Positions 1-9,755 of a stretch of 64,000 nt of DNA are shown piece by piece. Where the stretch lies: the NCBI GenBank assembly GCA_964514105.1, contig CAZEPJ010000010.1:12242-76241 (forward strand), given 5' to 3'. The DNA comes from an uncultured Desulfarculaceae bacterium (GTDB lineage Bacteria > Desulfobacterota > Desulfocorpusculales > Desulfocorpusculum). The position numbers and the translations under genes are program-made. The first letter of the stretch is position 1; each line of letters opens with the position of its first letter. The notes beneath the pieces are model-generated. The model was not told the origin of the DNA and made no database searches. It saw only the letters and a program-made list of their open reading frames with translations.

Positions 1-189
1 CGCCCCCAGGCCGATGAAGGCCCCGTGCCCCAAGGATACCAGCCCAAAACGCCCCATGTACGACCACGCCGTGGCGATGAAGGCCCAGATGAAGATCAAG
101 GTGGCGATGTGCAGGACATAGGGCGACGGCGCCGCCATGGGGAATAGGATGACGCCGATCAGGACCAAGGCGGGTATGATGCGGCCCAA
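1..189 (-). CDS. Branched-chain amino acid-type ABC permease (LivM-like), 5' part only; runs off window start
   Basis: Manual translation LGRIIPALVLIGVILFPMAAPSPYVLHIATLIFIWAFIATAWSYMGRFGLVSLGHGAFIGLGA contains the LivM-type G..SLGH.AF motif; TTG start at 189 with AGGGAG RBS; follows the LivH-like gene. Confidence 0.8.
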   Translation of the reverse strand, partial: MGRIIPALVLIGVILFPMAAPSPYVLHIATLIFIWAFIATAWSYMGRFGLVSLGHGAFIGLGA

Positions 190-203
190 CGCTGTCTCCC
201 TGT

Positions 204-1070
204 CTACCTGGCGCCCCTGGCCCCCAGCAAGCCCTGGGGGCGGACCAGGACGACGATGATGAAGATGACCAGGGCCACGATCTCGGCGATCTCCGTGGAG
301 GTGAGCACCGCCGAGACGGCGGTGACGATGCCGATGATGAAGGCCCCGATGAATCCGCCCAGGAGGTTTCCCATGCCCCCCAGGACCACGATGATGAAGG
401 CCATGAGCGTGAAGCTTCCCCCGAAGTGGGGGTGCACGGAGTAGATGGGGGAGAAGAAGGCCGCGATGAGACCCGTCAGGGCCCCCCCCACGATGAGGGT
501 GATGATGTAGATCCCCCGCGGGTCGATGCCCATGAGCCGGGCGCATTCGGGATCCTGCGCGATGGCCCGGATGGCCAGCCCCGTGTAGGTCCGCTGAAGG
601 AAGAGGTAAAGTCCCAGGAGCACGAGCAGGGCCCCCAGGAAGGCCAGGAGGCTCGACGCCTTAAGGTAGACGTTTCCCACGCTCAGGATGGGCAGCGGGA
701 CCTGCATCCCCCGCAGATCCGCCCCCCAGATCACGTGGGCCAGGTTCTCGAAGACGATGATGAGTCCGGCCAGGGCCAGGAGCTGATTGAGGCGGTTGGC
801 CTTGAGGAGGGGATTGATCACGGCAAGCTGGAGCAGCGCCCCCCAGAGGGCCATGGTCACAACGGCCACCCCGCACGACAGCAGGAAGGGGACTTTGGCC
901 AGGGCGGTCAAGGTGTAGATGACGTACATGCCCAGCATGACGCACTGGCCGTAGGCCATGTGGATGACCTTCACCACGCCGAAGATGAGGTTGAGGCCGA
1001 AGGCGAGGAGGGCCAGGACCCCACCGAGGAGGATGCCGTTGACCAGGGCGTTGAGGAGCAGGACGGACAT
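204..1070 (-). CDS. Branched-chain amino acid-type ABC permease (LivH-like)
   Basis: NGILLGGVLALLAFGLNLIFGVVKVIHMAYG, TGLAIRAIAQD..ARLMGI, VVLGGMGN, VRPQGLLG; start trimmed to MSVLLL. Confidence 0.9.
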   Translation of the reverse strand: MSVLLLNALVNGILLGGVLALLAFGLNLIFGVVKVIHMAYGQCVMLGMYVIYTLTALAKVPFLLSCGVAVVTMALWGALLQLAVINPLLKANRLNQLLALAGLIIVFENLAHVIWGADLRGMQVPLPILSVGNVYLKASSLLAFLGALLVLLGLYLFLQRTYTGLAIRAIAQDPECARLMGIDPRGIYIITLIVGGALTGLIAAFFSPIYSVHPHFGGSFTLMAFIIVVLGGMGNLLGGFIGAFIIGIVTAVSAVLTSTEIAEIVALVIFIIVVLVRPQGLLGARGAR

Positions 1071-1074
1071 GGAT

Positions 1075-1779
1075 TCACAACCCCAGATAGGCCTGTCGGA
1101 TATAGGCCTCCTGTCCGAAGGCCTCCCGGTCCCCGGCCAGTTTGACCCGGCCCGATTCCAGCAAGTACGCACGGTCGCACAGGCTCAAGGCCTTGCGCAC
1201 GTTCTGTTCCACCATGAGGATGGAGTAACCTTGCCTCTTGATCTGGTCCACGAAGGCGAAGAGCAGGGACACGATGAGGGGGGCCAGACCCGAGGAGGGT
1301 TCATCCAGCAGGACGAGCGTGGGTCGGGACATGAGGCTGCGGGCGATGGCCAGCATCTGCCGCTCCCCGCCGCTGAGGGTGTCGGCCATCTGCCGGTGCC
1401 GCTCCTGCAGACGCGGGAACAGTATGTAGATCTCCTCCAGGCTCTTGGCCGCCTGCTCCCTGGCCCGCCGGGGATAGGAGCCGATGCGGAGGTTCTCGGC
1501 CACGGTGAGCTGGGGGAAGATCCTCCCCCCCTCGGGGACGTGGGCAATCCCCATCTCCACGATACGATGGGCGGAGAGCCGCTCGATGGCCTTCCCCTGG
1601 AACAGGACCCGCCCCCTGCCGGCGGGCTGGAGCCCCGTGATGGCCTTGAGCAGGGTGCTCTTGCCCGCCCCGTTGGGACCCACGGTGATGACGGTCTCCC
1701 GTTCCCCCACCCGCAGCCCCAGGCCGAAGAGGGCCTGAAACTCCCCGTAGAAGACGTCGATGTCCTGGACCTCCAGCAT
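1075..1779 (-). CDS. ABC ATP-binding protein (LivF-like)
   Basis: Walker A GPNGAGKST, AHVPEG, signature LSGGERQ, Walker B LLDEP. Confidence 0.93.
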   Translation of the reverse strand: MLEVQDIDVFYGEFQALFGLGLRVGERETVITVGPNGAGKSTLLKAITGLQPAGRGRVLFQGKAIERLSAHRIVEMGIAHVPEGGRIFPQLTVAENLRIGSYPRRAREQAAKSLEEIYILFPRLQERHRQMADTLSGGERQMLAIARSLMSRPTLVLLDEPSSGLAPLIVSLLFAFVDQIKRQGYSILMVEQNVRKALSLCDRAYLLESGRVKLAGDREAFGQEAYIRQAYLGL

Positions 1780-1925
1780 TCAAATCACCCTGCGCCCTGA
1801 TCGCCGTTTATCGTCCATGATTCGTCGTTCGTCGGAGAAACGGCAGACACCCCCGCTGCTCCACCGTCGCCGGACGCCGAGTGATCGTGCCCCACTCCCC
1901 ACTGCTTTTCATTATCACCCCCGCT

Positions 1926-2672
1926 TCAGCCTTCCTCTTTCCCCAGGTACGCCTCGATGACCCTTTCGTCCCGGGCGATCTCCTCCGGGGTACCCTCGGC
2001 GATGACCTCCCCGTAGTCCAGGACCGTCACCCGCTCCACCAGGTTCATGAGGGCGCCCATGATATGCTCCACCCAGATGATGGTGATTCCCAGCTCCGTG
2101 TGGATCCTCCGGAGGACGGCCGATGTCTCCAGGATCTCCTCCTGGTTGAGGCCGCTCATGATCTCGTCGGCCAGGAACAGGCGCGGCCGCGTGGCCAGGG
2201 CCCTGGCCATCTCCAGCCGCCGGAGGTTTCCCGCGGTGAGCTTCCCCGGGAAGGCCGCGTCGTCCACTCTCAATCCCACGAATTCAAGCCACTTGCTGGC
2301 CGCGTCCCGGGCCCCCTGCTCCGAGATCCCGCGCGCCTCTTCGCCGAACAGGACGCCCACCATCACGTTTTCCAGGATCGTCATCTCCCGAAAGGGACGG
2401 GGAATCTGGAACGTCCGGGCCAGCCCCGCGTGGCAGATCCGGTCCGGGGTCCACAAAGTGATGTCCTCACCGCGGAGCATCACGCGACCGGACGTGGCCG
2501 GGTACACGCCGGACAGGACGTTGAAGAAGGTGGTCTTTCCCGACCCGTTGGGGCCGATGAGGCCGCGGAACTCCCCCTCCTTCACCGAGACATGGACCCG
2601 GGACAAGGCCTGGAAGCGGCCGAAGGACCTGCTCACGGAGATGGCTTCGATCATGGGGATCTCACGGGCCAT
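1926..2672 (-). CDS. ABC ATP-binding protein (LivG-like)
   Basis: GPNGSGKTT, LARTFQIPRPF, IEH, C-terminal VIEAYLG; start 2672 or 2654. Confidence 0.92.
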   Translation of the reverse strand: MAREIPMIEAISVSRSFGRFQALSRVHVSVKEGEFRGLIGPNGSGKTTFFNVLSGVYPATSGRVMLRGEDITLWTPDRICHAGLARTFQIPRPFREMTILENVMVGVLFGEEARGISEQGARDAASKWLEFVGLRVDDAAFPGKLTAGNLRRLEMARALATRPRLFLADEIMSGLNQEEILETSAVLRRIHTELGITIIWVEHIMGALMNLVERVTVLDYGEVIAEGTPEEIARDERVIEAYLGKEEG

Positions 2673-2900
2673 GGCAACGGGGAGTCCACTCCACGCAGTC
2701 GAGCCGAACAGCAAGCATGCCGACTATCGAATATGGAACAAGGAATGACGCTCCGGGCGGTCCTCCGCTCGTTCGGCGCAACTGCGCTCATCTCCTCCGC
2801 ACAGGAGACCCGTTGGACATTCTGCGGTTCCTTGTCCGATATTCGACCGGCTTGCACCCGGTGTCCGTCGTCCGCCACACCGAGCTTCTCCAAGATCCGG

Positions 2901-4196
2901 CTACTTGCCGGCCAGTGGGTTTGCAGCCGGCATGGGGATCTTGGGTTCCGTCGACATCATCCCCTTGGGCCAGACGATCTCCACCTTCTGGTCCACCCAC
3001 TGCATGACCACCGGGTACGACGCCAGGTTCTGCCCGGCGAACTCATGCTCCGGCGGGGCGAACTTCATGCCGTAATACGCCGGCGAGTCTCCCTCGGGGA
3101 TCTCCATCTCCAGGGCGGCCTTTCGGATGTTGTCGGGCGTGGGCGCGCCGAATTTCTGCACCGTGTGGTCCAGGGTCTTGAGGAGCATCCAGGCGTGGCC
3201 GAACCCCATGGTGGCGTGGGAGGGAGGCGAGTCCTCCTTGTACTTGTCGTTGTACCGCTTGAGAAACTCCTTGACCGTGGCCCCCAACTCCGGCTTGAGC
3301 TTGGTGACGAAGTTCTGCGCCGGCGGACCGTCGATGTTGTACAGGAAGCTCACCAGCTCCTTGCCCAGCTGCTTCTCCAGGTTGGGGAAGTTGGCGTACC
3401 CGGCCCCGTGCCCGATGATGGCCTTGGTGGTAAGCCCCAGTTCCCGGGCCTGTTTGACGAACAGGACGATGTCCGGGTAGTACCCGGTGTGGAGGATGGC
3501 GTCGGGCTTGGCCGCCTTGAGCTTCAGGATGAGGGCCGAGAGGTCGTTGGCCTTGTGGTTGTACCCCTCGTGGTGAACCACGTTCATGCCGTACTTCTTG
3601 GCCGCCTCGATGTTGGCAACCTGAACGCTGGTACCGTACGGCCCGTCCTCGTAGATGACCGCGAGCTTCATCTGCTTGGGGTCCGAGTACCCGAACTTGG
3701 AAAGGTTGTCCTTGACCATCTCCACCGAGGTCTTGCCCCACTGGGATCCCATGGGTTGGGGCCGGAACACATACTGCTGGTTGCGCCCCTTCACCACGGC
3801 GTCAGAAATGGCGATGGTGATCCACAGGATGGTCTTGTTCTTCTCGCAGATGGGGGCCAGAGGCGTGGCGATGGCGCTGGAGTAGATGCCCAGGATGATG
3901 GGAACCTTCTCCACATTGATGAGCCGCTCGGCCTCCCGGATGGCCACGTCCGGGCTGGACTGGGCGTCGGCCACCACCGGGACCAGCTTGTACTTGCCGC
4001 CGGCTCCCCCCTTCTCGTTCCACATGTCGATGGCGATGAGCGCGCCCCGATGGCCCGCCTCGGCGCCCGCCAGGGCAAAGGCGCCGGTGAGGGAGTTGAG
4101 CACTCCGATCTTCAACTGCTCCTGGGCCCGGGCCTGGGGGACCAGCCCCAAGGCCAACAGACCGACGATCACGACCAGTGTCAGGGCCTTCTTCAT
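2901..4196 (-). CDS. ABC substrate-binding protein (LivJ/LivK, Peripla_BP_6-like)
   Basis: Signal peptide MKKALTLVVIVGLLALGLVPQARA, KIGVLNSLTG, D.QSSP motif; GGAGG RBS. Confidence 0.9.
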   Translation of the reverse strand: MKKALTLVVIVGLLALGLVPQARAQEQLKIGVLNSLTGAFALAGAEAGHRGALIAIDMWNEKGGAGGKYKLVPVVADAQSSPDVAIREAERLINVEKVPIILGIYSSAIATPLAPICEKNKTILWITIAISDAVVKGRNQQYVFRPQPMGSQWGKTSVEMVKDNLSKFGYSDPKQMKLAVIYEDGPYGTSVQVANIEAAKKYGMNVVHHEGYNHKANDLSALILKLKAAKPDAILHTGYYPDIVLFVKQARELGLTTKAIIGHGAGYANFPNLEKQLGKELVSFLYNIDGPPAQNFVTKLKPELGATVKEFLKRYNDKYKEDSPPSHATMGFGHAWMLLKTLDHTVQKFGAPTPDNIRKAALEMEIPEGDSPAYYGMKFAPPEHEFAGQNLASYPVVMQWVDQKVEIVWPKGMMSTEPKIPMPAANPLAGK

Positions 4197-4269
4197 GGCA
4201 CACCTCCTCCGCATCTTGGCGTCATAAGGTGAACATGCTCCCATGCGCATCCGTCCTCGGGATTTTCGC

Positions 4270-4299
4270 TCTATAGCACCCCCGGCGGACGTTTGTCAA
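4270..4299 (-). promoter_or_regulatory. Putative sigma70 promoter for the substrate-binding protein gene
   Basis: Minus strand TTGACA-N18-TATAGA with TG extended -10; the -35 overlaps the TGA stop of the CoA ligase. Confidence 0.5.
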
Positions 4300-5903
4300 C
4301 CGCCCGCCCCGTCCCTCCGCAGGAGGTCCTTTCGCACCTTGCCCCCGGGGTTCCTGGGGAGGGCAGATTCCAGGAACTCCACGAACTTGGGCACCTTGTA
4401 CCGGGCCAGGTGCTCGGCGCAAAAGGCCCGGATCTCCTCCTCCGAGGCGCTCTCCCCCTCCTTGAGGACCACGTACGCCTTGACCTGCTCTCCGAAGATC
4501 CGGTCCGGCACCCCGACCACGGCCGCCTCCAGGGTCTTGGGAAAGGCGTAAAGGACGTTTTCCACCTCGACGCAATAGATGTTCTCCCCGCCCCGGATGA
4601 TCATGTCCTTCTTGCGGTCCATGAGCCACAGGTATCCATCCTCGTCCACCCGGGCCAGGTCGCCGGTGCGGAGCCAGCCGCCGCCAAAGGCCTGTCGGGT
4701 GGCCTCCGGGTCCTCCCAGTACCCCCGGGCCACGGCCGCCCCACGCAGGAGCAGCTCGCCGACCCGACCGGGCTCCGCGTCCTGTCCTCCCTCGCCCACG
4801 ATGCGGCATTCGGTGCAGGGTGTGGGGAGCCCCACGGACCCGGCCTTGCGCAAGGCGTCCTCGGGCGGGAGGGCATACTGGAGGGAAGTCCCCTCGGTGA
4901 GCCCCCCCGCGTTGATCAGGGCGGCGCCGGGAAAGGCTGCGGCCAACCGTTGGATCAACTCCGGGGCGGACGGGGCCCCCCCGTACACGATCTTGCGGAA
5001 GGACTCCAGGCGATGCATCCCGAAGCTGGGGTGGATGAGCATGAGCCAGTAGATGGTGGGCACCGAGATGCTCAGCGTCACCCGCTCCCGCTCCATGACG
5101 GCCAGGGCCTCCTCGGCCTTGAAGGCCCGCATGAGCACTGTGGCCCCGCCCATGTACAGGCTCCTGGCCAGTTGGGTGTGCAGGCCCGTGACGTGGAAGA
5201 GGGGGACCATGATGAGGTCCACGTCCTCCGCCGTCGATCCGAAGACCCGAGCGCACGCCTGGGCCGTGTTTACCACGTTGCGGTGGGTCAGCATGACCCC
5301 CTTGGGGAGCCCCGTGGTCCCCGAGGTGAAGATGATGCTGCAGAGGTCTCCCTCGGGGATCTCTCCTGCGGGGGGCCTGGGGGCGCTCTCGCCCGCAAGC
5401 AGCGATGAGAAAGAAAGGGTGTCCGGGACGGCCTCCCCCACGTGGAAGCCGGCGCGCATCCATGGGGCCTCCGCCCGCAGGGGCGCGGCCTCGGGCCAGG
5501 TTTCGTGGGATGCGAACAGGAGCACGGGGCGCGCCTTCTGGATCTGAAAGCGCAGCTCGGCGCTCTTGAGCCGGGCGTTGAGGGGAACGAACACGGCGCC
5601 CAGGGCCGTCACCGCCAGGTACAGGACCACGAACTCCGGGCAGTTGTGGAGGAGAACGGCCACCCGGTCTCCGGCCTTCACCCCCCAGCGCGTCCCCAGG
5701 GCCCGAGCCGTCCGGTTGACCCGATCCTCCAGATCCCGGTAGCTCCAGCGGCCCTCGTCGCTGACGAGGCATGGCCGCTCGCCGTGGGCGTCCACGCTCT
5801 GGTAGAACATGGCGGGGACGCTGGCCGGCCGCTCCCGGTAGATGAGGAGGTCCTGCCCTTCAATGCGCTCGGTGACGACTCCCTCTCTGGGCCAGTTTCG
5901 CAT
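4296..5903 (-). CDS. Acyl-CoA synthetase / long-chain fatty-acid-CoA ligase family
   Basis: AMP-binding IIFTSGTTGLPKG, GLTE, WLRTGD, DRKKDMIIRGGENIY, PRNPGGK; start 5903 or 5912. Confidence 0.92.
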   Translation of the reverse strand: MRNWPREGVVTERIEGQDLLIYRERPASVPAMFYQSVDAHGERPCLVSDEGRWSYRDLEDRVNRTARALGTRWGVKAGDRVAVLLHNCPEFVVLYLAVTALGAVFVPLNARLKSAELRFQIQKARPVLLFASHETWPEAAPLRAEAPWMRAGFHVGEAVPDTLSFSSLLAGESAPRPPAGEIPEGDLCSIIFTSGTTGLPKGVMLTHRNVVNTAQACARVFGSTAEDVDLIMVPLFHVTGLHTQLARSLYMGGATVLMRAFKAEEALAVMERERVTLSISVPTIYWLMLIHPSFGMHRLESFRKIVYGGAPSAPELIQRLAAAFPGAALINAGGLTEGTSLQYALPPEDALRKAGSVGLPTPCTECRIVGEGGQDAEPGRVGELLLRGAAVARGYWEDPEATRQAFGGGWLRTGDLARVDEDGYLWLMDRKKDMIIRGGENIYCVEVENVLYAFPKTLEAAVVGVPDRIFGEQVKAYVVLKEGESASEEEIRAFCAEHLARYKVPKFVEFLESALPRNPGGKVRKDLLRRDGAGG

Positions 5904-5943
5904 GGCGCACATGGATCCCGGTCCTGCCCTCCCCGTGGCCCCC

Positions 5944-6690
5944 TCAATTCATGAACTGCCCGCCATTGACGTCGATGGTCTGTCCGTTGATGTACCCCGC
6001 ATCGTCGGAGGACAGAAACACGGCCACCCGCGCCACGTCCTCCGCCACGCCGATGCGGCCCATGGGGATCCCTGCGAGGTAGCCCCGCCAGTCTCCCCCC
6101 GTGATCATCCGGGACATGTCCGATTCGATGGGCCCGGGTGCGATGGCGTTGACCCGGACACCGTGGGGCGCCAGGGCCTTGGCCAGGGACTTGGTGAGGC
6201 AGATGACCCCGGCCTTGGAGGCTGCGTAGTGCGCCCCCACGGCGATGCCGCCCACGCGGCCCGCCACCGAGGCCATGTTGACGATGACGCCGCTTCTTTG
6301 GCCCTTCATGACCCCCGAGACGGCCTGGGCGCACAGAAAGACCCCCTTGAGATTGACGGCCATCACCCGGTCCCATTCCCCCTCGTCGATCTCCTCCAAC
6401 GGTGTCGTGTGACAGATCCCCGCGTTGTTCACCAGGATGTCGATGCGGCCCAGGCCCTCGAGCACCGTCCCGACCGCCGAGCGTACCTCCTGGCCCCGGG
6501 ACACATCCACCCGCAGGGCCATCCCCCGGACGCCCGCTGCGCCCACCTGCGCGGCGACGGACTCGGCCCCCCGCAGGTCCGTGTCCCAGACCGCCACTTG
6601 GGCCCCCTCCCGGGCCAGGGCCAGGGCGATGGCCCGCCCGATCCCGGCCGCCCCGCCAGTCACGATACCCACCTTGCCCTCGCAACGCAT
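5944..6690 (-). CDS. Short-chain dehydrogenase/reductase (FabG-like)
   Basis: TGGAAGIG, NNAG, YAASK, NAIAPG, VNGG; acidic residue after beta2 (WD) suggests NAD(H). Confidence 0.92.
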   Translation of the reverse strand: MRCEGKVGIVTGGAAGIGRAIALALAREGAQVAVWDTDLRGAESVAAQVGAAGVRGMALRVDVSRGQEVRSAVGTVLEGLGRIDILVNNAGICHTTPLEEIDEGEWDRVMAVNLKGVFLCAQAVSGVMKGQRSGVIVNMASVAGRVGGIAVGAHYAASKAGVICLTKSLAKALAPHGVRVNAIAPGPIESDMSRMITGGDWRGYLAGIPMGRIGVAEDVARVAVFLSSDDAGYINGQTIDVNGGQFMN

Positions 6691-6790
6691 GGTCCGTCCT
6701 CCTTGGGCCCGGTCGTATCCCTCCGTCAGGCGGCGGGGCGCCTCCAACCCCCTTCGGGCCCCGGGGCGATGAACCCGCCACCGGCGGCGA

Positions 6791-7225
6791 TCAGCCCTGG
6801 GAATACTGCACGACCTCCACGGTATTTCCCTCGGGATCCCGCATGTACGTGCACCAGACTCCCTGCCGAACGTTCTGTGGCGGGGCGTTGAAGGCCACCC
6901 CCGCGGCCAGGAGCCGCTCGTATTCCTTGTGGACATCCGGGACGGCAAGGGCGAAGTGGGTGAAGCCCAGGTCGCACTGCCGCCTGCCGGGCCACGGCGC
7001 GCCCAGCGGGTTGTAGTACTGGAACAGCTCCAGGCGCAGGCCGTATCCACGCAGCATCACCATGTGACAGTGCGCCCCTTCCATGCCCACGACCCGCGAG
7101 AGGGCCTCGCCGCTTCGATGGTCCATGTCCCAGTCCACTTCGAACCCCAGCAGATCCCTGTAGAAGGCCAACGCACGGCCCATGTCGGCCACCGACAGAG
7201 CCACGTGATGGGTCGTCGCCTCCAT
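6791..7225 (-). CDS. VOC/glyoxalase-family protein
   Basis: HHVALSVADMGRALAFYRDLLG, LELFQY, THFALAV, DPEGNTVE: His/Glu metal-ligand pattern. Confidence 0.88.
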   Translation of the reverse strand: MEATTHHVALSVADMGRALAFYRDLLGFEVDWDMDHRSGEALSRVVGMEGAHCHMVMLRGYGLRLELFQYYNPLGAPWPGRRQCDLGFTHFALAVPDVHKEYERLLAAGVAFNAPPQNVRQGVWCTYMRDPEGNTVEVVQYSQG

Positions 7226-7241
7226 CCGTCTTCCTTCCCCC

Positions 7242-7952
7242 TCAGCCCAGCTGGAAATAGACCCGTTTGACCTCTTCATCGTCCATGAGGTCCCGACTCG
7301 CCCCGTGAAGCCCGATGCGTCCGTGCTCCAGGATGTAGACCCGCTGCGTCAGCCCCATGGCCAGGCTGGCGTCCTGCTCCACCAGGAGGACCGTGATCCC
7401 CGTCTTCCAGATCTCCTGAATGCTGTTGGCCAGAAGGTTCTTGACCAGGGGGGAGAGCCCCATGGCGGGTTCGTCCATCATGAGGAGCCGCGGCTTGCTC
7501 ATGAGGGAGCGGCCGATGGCCAGCATCTGCTGCTCTCCGCCGCTCAGGGTCCCGGACTCCTGGCGGGATCGCTCCCTGAGGATGGGGAAGAGTCCATAGA
7601 CGTACTGAAGATCCCTGGCCATGCCGTCGGCATCCCGCCGGAGGAAGCCGCCCATCTCCAGGTTTTCGGCCACGGTGAACTCGGTGAAAAGCTGCCTGCG
7701 CTCGGGGCAGTGCACGATCCCCATGCGGATGATCTCGTGGGGTTTCCGGCCATCGATGCGCCGGCCCTCGAAGAGGATCTCCCCCGCCACCGGCACCAGG
7801 GCCGATATGGCCCTGAGCAGGGTGCTTTTGCCCGCTCCGTTGGGGCCCACCACCCCCACCAGCTCCTGGGCGTCCAGGGACAGGGACAGGCCGTTGAGGG
7901 CGATGGCCTTGCCGTACATGACCCGGATCTCCTTGACCTCCAGAAGATGCAC
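7242..7952 (-). CDS. ABC ATP-binding protein (LivF-like)
   Basis: GPNGAGKST, HCPERR, LSGGEQQM, MDEP; GTG start. Confidence 0.92.
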   Translation of the reverse strand: MHLLEVKEIRVMYGKAIALNGLSLSLDAQELVGVVGPNGAGKSTLLRAISALVPVAGEILFEGRRIDGRKPHEIIRMGIVHCPERRQLFTEFTVAENLEMGGFLRRDADGMARDLQYVYGLFPILRERSRQESGTLSGGEQQMLAIGRSLMSKPRLLMMDEPAMGLSPLVKNLLANSIQEIWKTGITVLLVEQDASLAMGLTQRVYILEHGRIGLHGASRDLMDDEEVKRVYFQLG

Positions 7953-7953
7953 T

Positions 7954-8691
7954 TCATCCTCTCCTTTCGCCCAGGTACGCCGTCACCACCTGCTCGTTTC
8001 GCAGGATCTCGGCCGGGGTGCCCTCGGCGATCTTCTGGCCGAAGACCACGGCCACCACCCGCTCCACCAGCTTGAGCAGGTCCCGGAGCCGGTGCTCGAT
8101 GATGATCATGGTCTGGCCCCGCTCGTGCATCCTCCGGATGGCCGCCGAGAGGGTGACCGCATCCTCGGCGTCCAACCCCGAGAAGGGTTCATCCAGCAGC
8201 AGGATGTCGGGCTCCGTGGCCATGGCCCGGGCGATGTCCAGGAGCCGCAGCTCCCCGAAGGCGAGGTTCTTGGCCTTCTCGCCGAAGCGGTCGCCCAACC
8301 CCACCTCCTCCAGGAACTGCATGGCCACCTGCCATGGCTTTCGGCCCTGGTGGCGGTGGTGGCGAGCCCGGTGCGAGAAGCAGGGGATCATGACGTTTTC
8401 CAGGACCGCCATCTCCTTGAAGAGATCCACCAGCTGAAAGGTCCGGGACATGCCCCGGTTGACCACCTGAAAGGGCTTGAGGCCCGTGATCTCCTCTCCC
8501 TTGAACTTGACTCGGCCGGCATCGGGTTTGATGAAGCCCGTGATGACGTTAAACAGCGTGGTCTTGCCCGCCCCGTTGGGGCCGATGACGCCCACGAGAT
8601 CTCCCCGTCGGACCTCCATGTCGAAACCCATCAGGGCCTGCAACCCTCCGAAGGACTTGCTCAACCCCTTCAACTCCAGGATGGTCTCCAT
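7954..8691 (-). CDS. ABC ATP-binding protein (LivG-like)
   Basis: GPNGAGKTTLFN, SRTFQ, LLLDEP, IEH, TAYLG. Confidence 0.92.
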   Translation of the reverse strand: METILELKGLSKSFGGLQALMGFDMEVRRGDLVGVIGPNGAGKTTLFNVITGFIKPDAGRVKFKGEEITGLKPFQVVNRGMSRTFQLVDLFKEMAVLENVMIPCFSHRARHHRHQGRKPWQVAMQFLEEVGLGDRFGEKAKNLAFGELRLLDIARAMATEPDILLLDEPFSGLDAEDAVTLSAAIRRMHERGQTMIIIEHRLRDLLKLVERVVAVVFGQKIAEGTPAEILRNEQVVTAYLGERRG

Positions 8692-8719
8692 AGACTCCGC
8701 TCCGTCCGTGGCGGCGACG

Positions 8720-9691
8720 TCACACCGGCTGCGTCTCCCGGGCGCGAATCCGCCCCAGGCCCCGCCCGATGAGGTCCCACAGCCCCTTGGGCGCGAACAG
8801 CACGATGAGGACAACGGCGCTGCTGTAAATGAGCAGGCGCAACTCCCCCAGGAACCGCAACGACTCGTTCACCAGGGTCAGAAGGTAGGCCCCGATGATG
8901 GGCCCGGTGATGCTCCCCATTCCGCCCACCACCGCCATCATGAGGACCAGGGCGGAGAGCGAATCGTGGGCCATCTCGGGCCCCACGTGCATCTGGGCGT
9001 GGCCGTACATGGCCCCGGCCAGACCGGCGATGGCCGCGCTGATCATGAACGCCACGATCTTGTAGAAGGTCGTGTTGATCCCGGAGCCCTCGCTGGCGGT
9101 CTCGTTCTCGCCGATGGAGCGCAGGATCAGCCCGAAGGAGGACTTGGACAGAAAAAAGAGAAAGACCACGCAAGCGATCATCAGGACCCCGGAGAAGTAG
9201 TAGTTCTCCAGGGGACCGCCCATCAACCCGTCGATTCCCGAGAGGCCCTCTTCGCCGCCGAAGAGCTTGTGGTCGATCATGATCCACTTGTACAAGAGGG
9301 TGGCGAAGCAGAAGGTCACCGAGGCGAAGTACGGCCCCCGGAGCCTCAAGGTGAAGGAGCCCACCAGGAACCCGCAAAGCGCCGCCACCAGCGCGCCCAT
9401 GGGGAGGGTCGCCCACGGCCCCCAGCCCAAGTGCTTGTTCATGAGGGCCCCGGCGAACCCGGCCCCTCCGATGAAGAAGGCGTGGCCGAAGTTCACATTG
9501 CCCGTGAATCCGGTGAGGAGGTCCCAGCTGCAGGCGAGCAGCACGTAGTAATGGCACAAGAACAGGAGCTCCAGATGGTAAAACTCACCGAAGACCAGGG
9601 GCGCCAGCAGGACGCAGGCGCTGAAGGCGCCGAGCCCCAGCAGCCTGCGGCGCAAGAGCTTGGGACCGAAGAACTCCTCCCGAGTGGCCAT
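8720..9691 (-). CDS. ABC permease (LivM-like)
   Basis: GFTGNVNFGHAFF, LRLRGPYFA, LRSIGENE, GGMGSITGP. Confidence 0.9.
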   Translation of the reverse strand: MATREEFFGPKLLRRRLLGLGAFSACVLLAPLVFGEFYHLELLFLCHYYVLLACSWDLLTGFTGNVNFGHAFFIGGAGFAGALMNKHLGWGPWATLPMGALVAALCGFLVGSFTLRLRGPYFASVTFCFATLLYKWIMIDHKLFGGEEGLSGIDGLMGGPLENYYFSGVLMIACVVFLFFLSKSSFGLILRSIGENETASEGSGINTTFYKIVAFMISAAIAGLAGAMYGHAQMHVGPEMAHDSLSALVLMMAVVGGMGSITGPIIGAYLLTLVNESLRFLGELRLLIYSSAVVLIVLFAPKGLWDLIGRGLGRIRARETQPV

Positions 9692-9755
9692 ATGCGCTCC
9701 TTACTCTCGCCGTCCCATGGATTGGATCAGCCTCGCACAGAGCTTCCCAGCGCCG

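Noticed and set aside
1811-1912. 34-codon ORF (MKSSGEWG...) and a doubled TTCGTCG heptamer in the livG-livF gap
   Set aside because: No good RBS, no recognisable motif, and only two repeat units; likely spacer.
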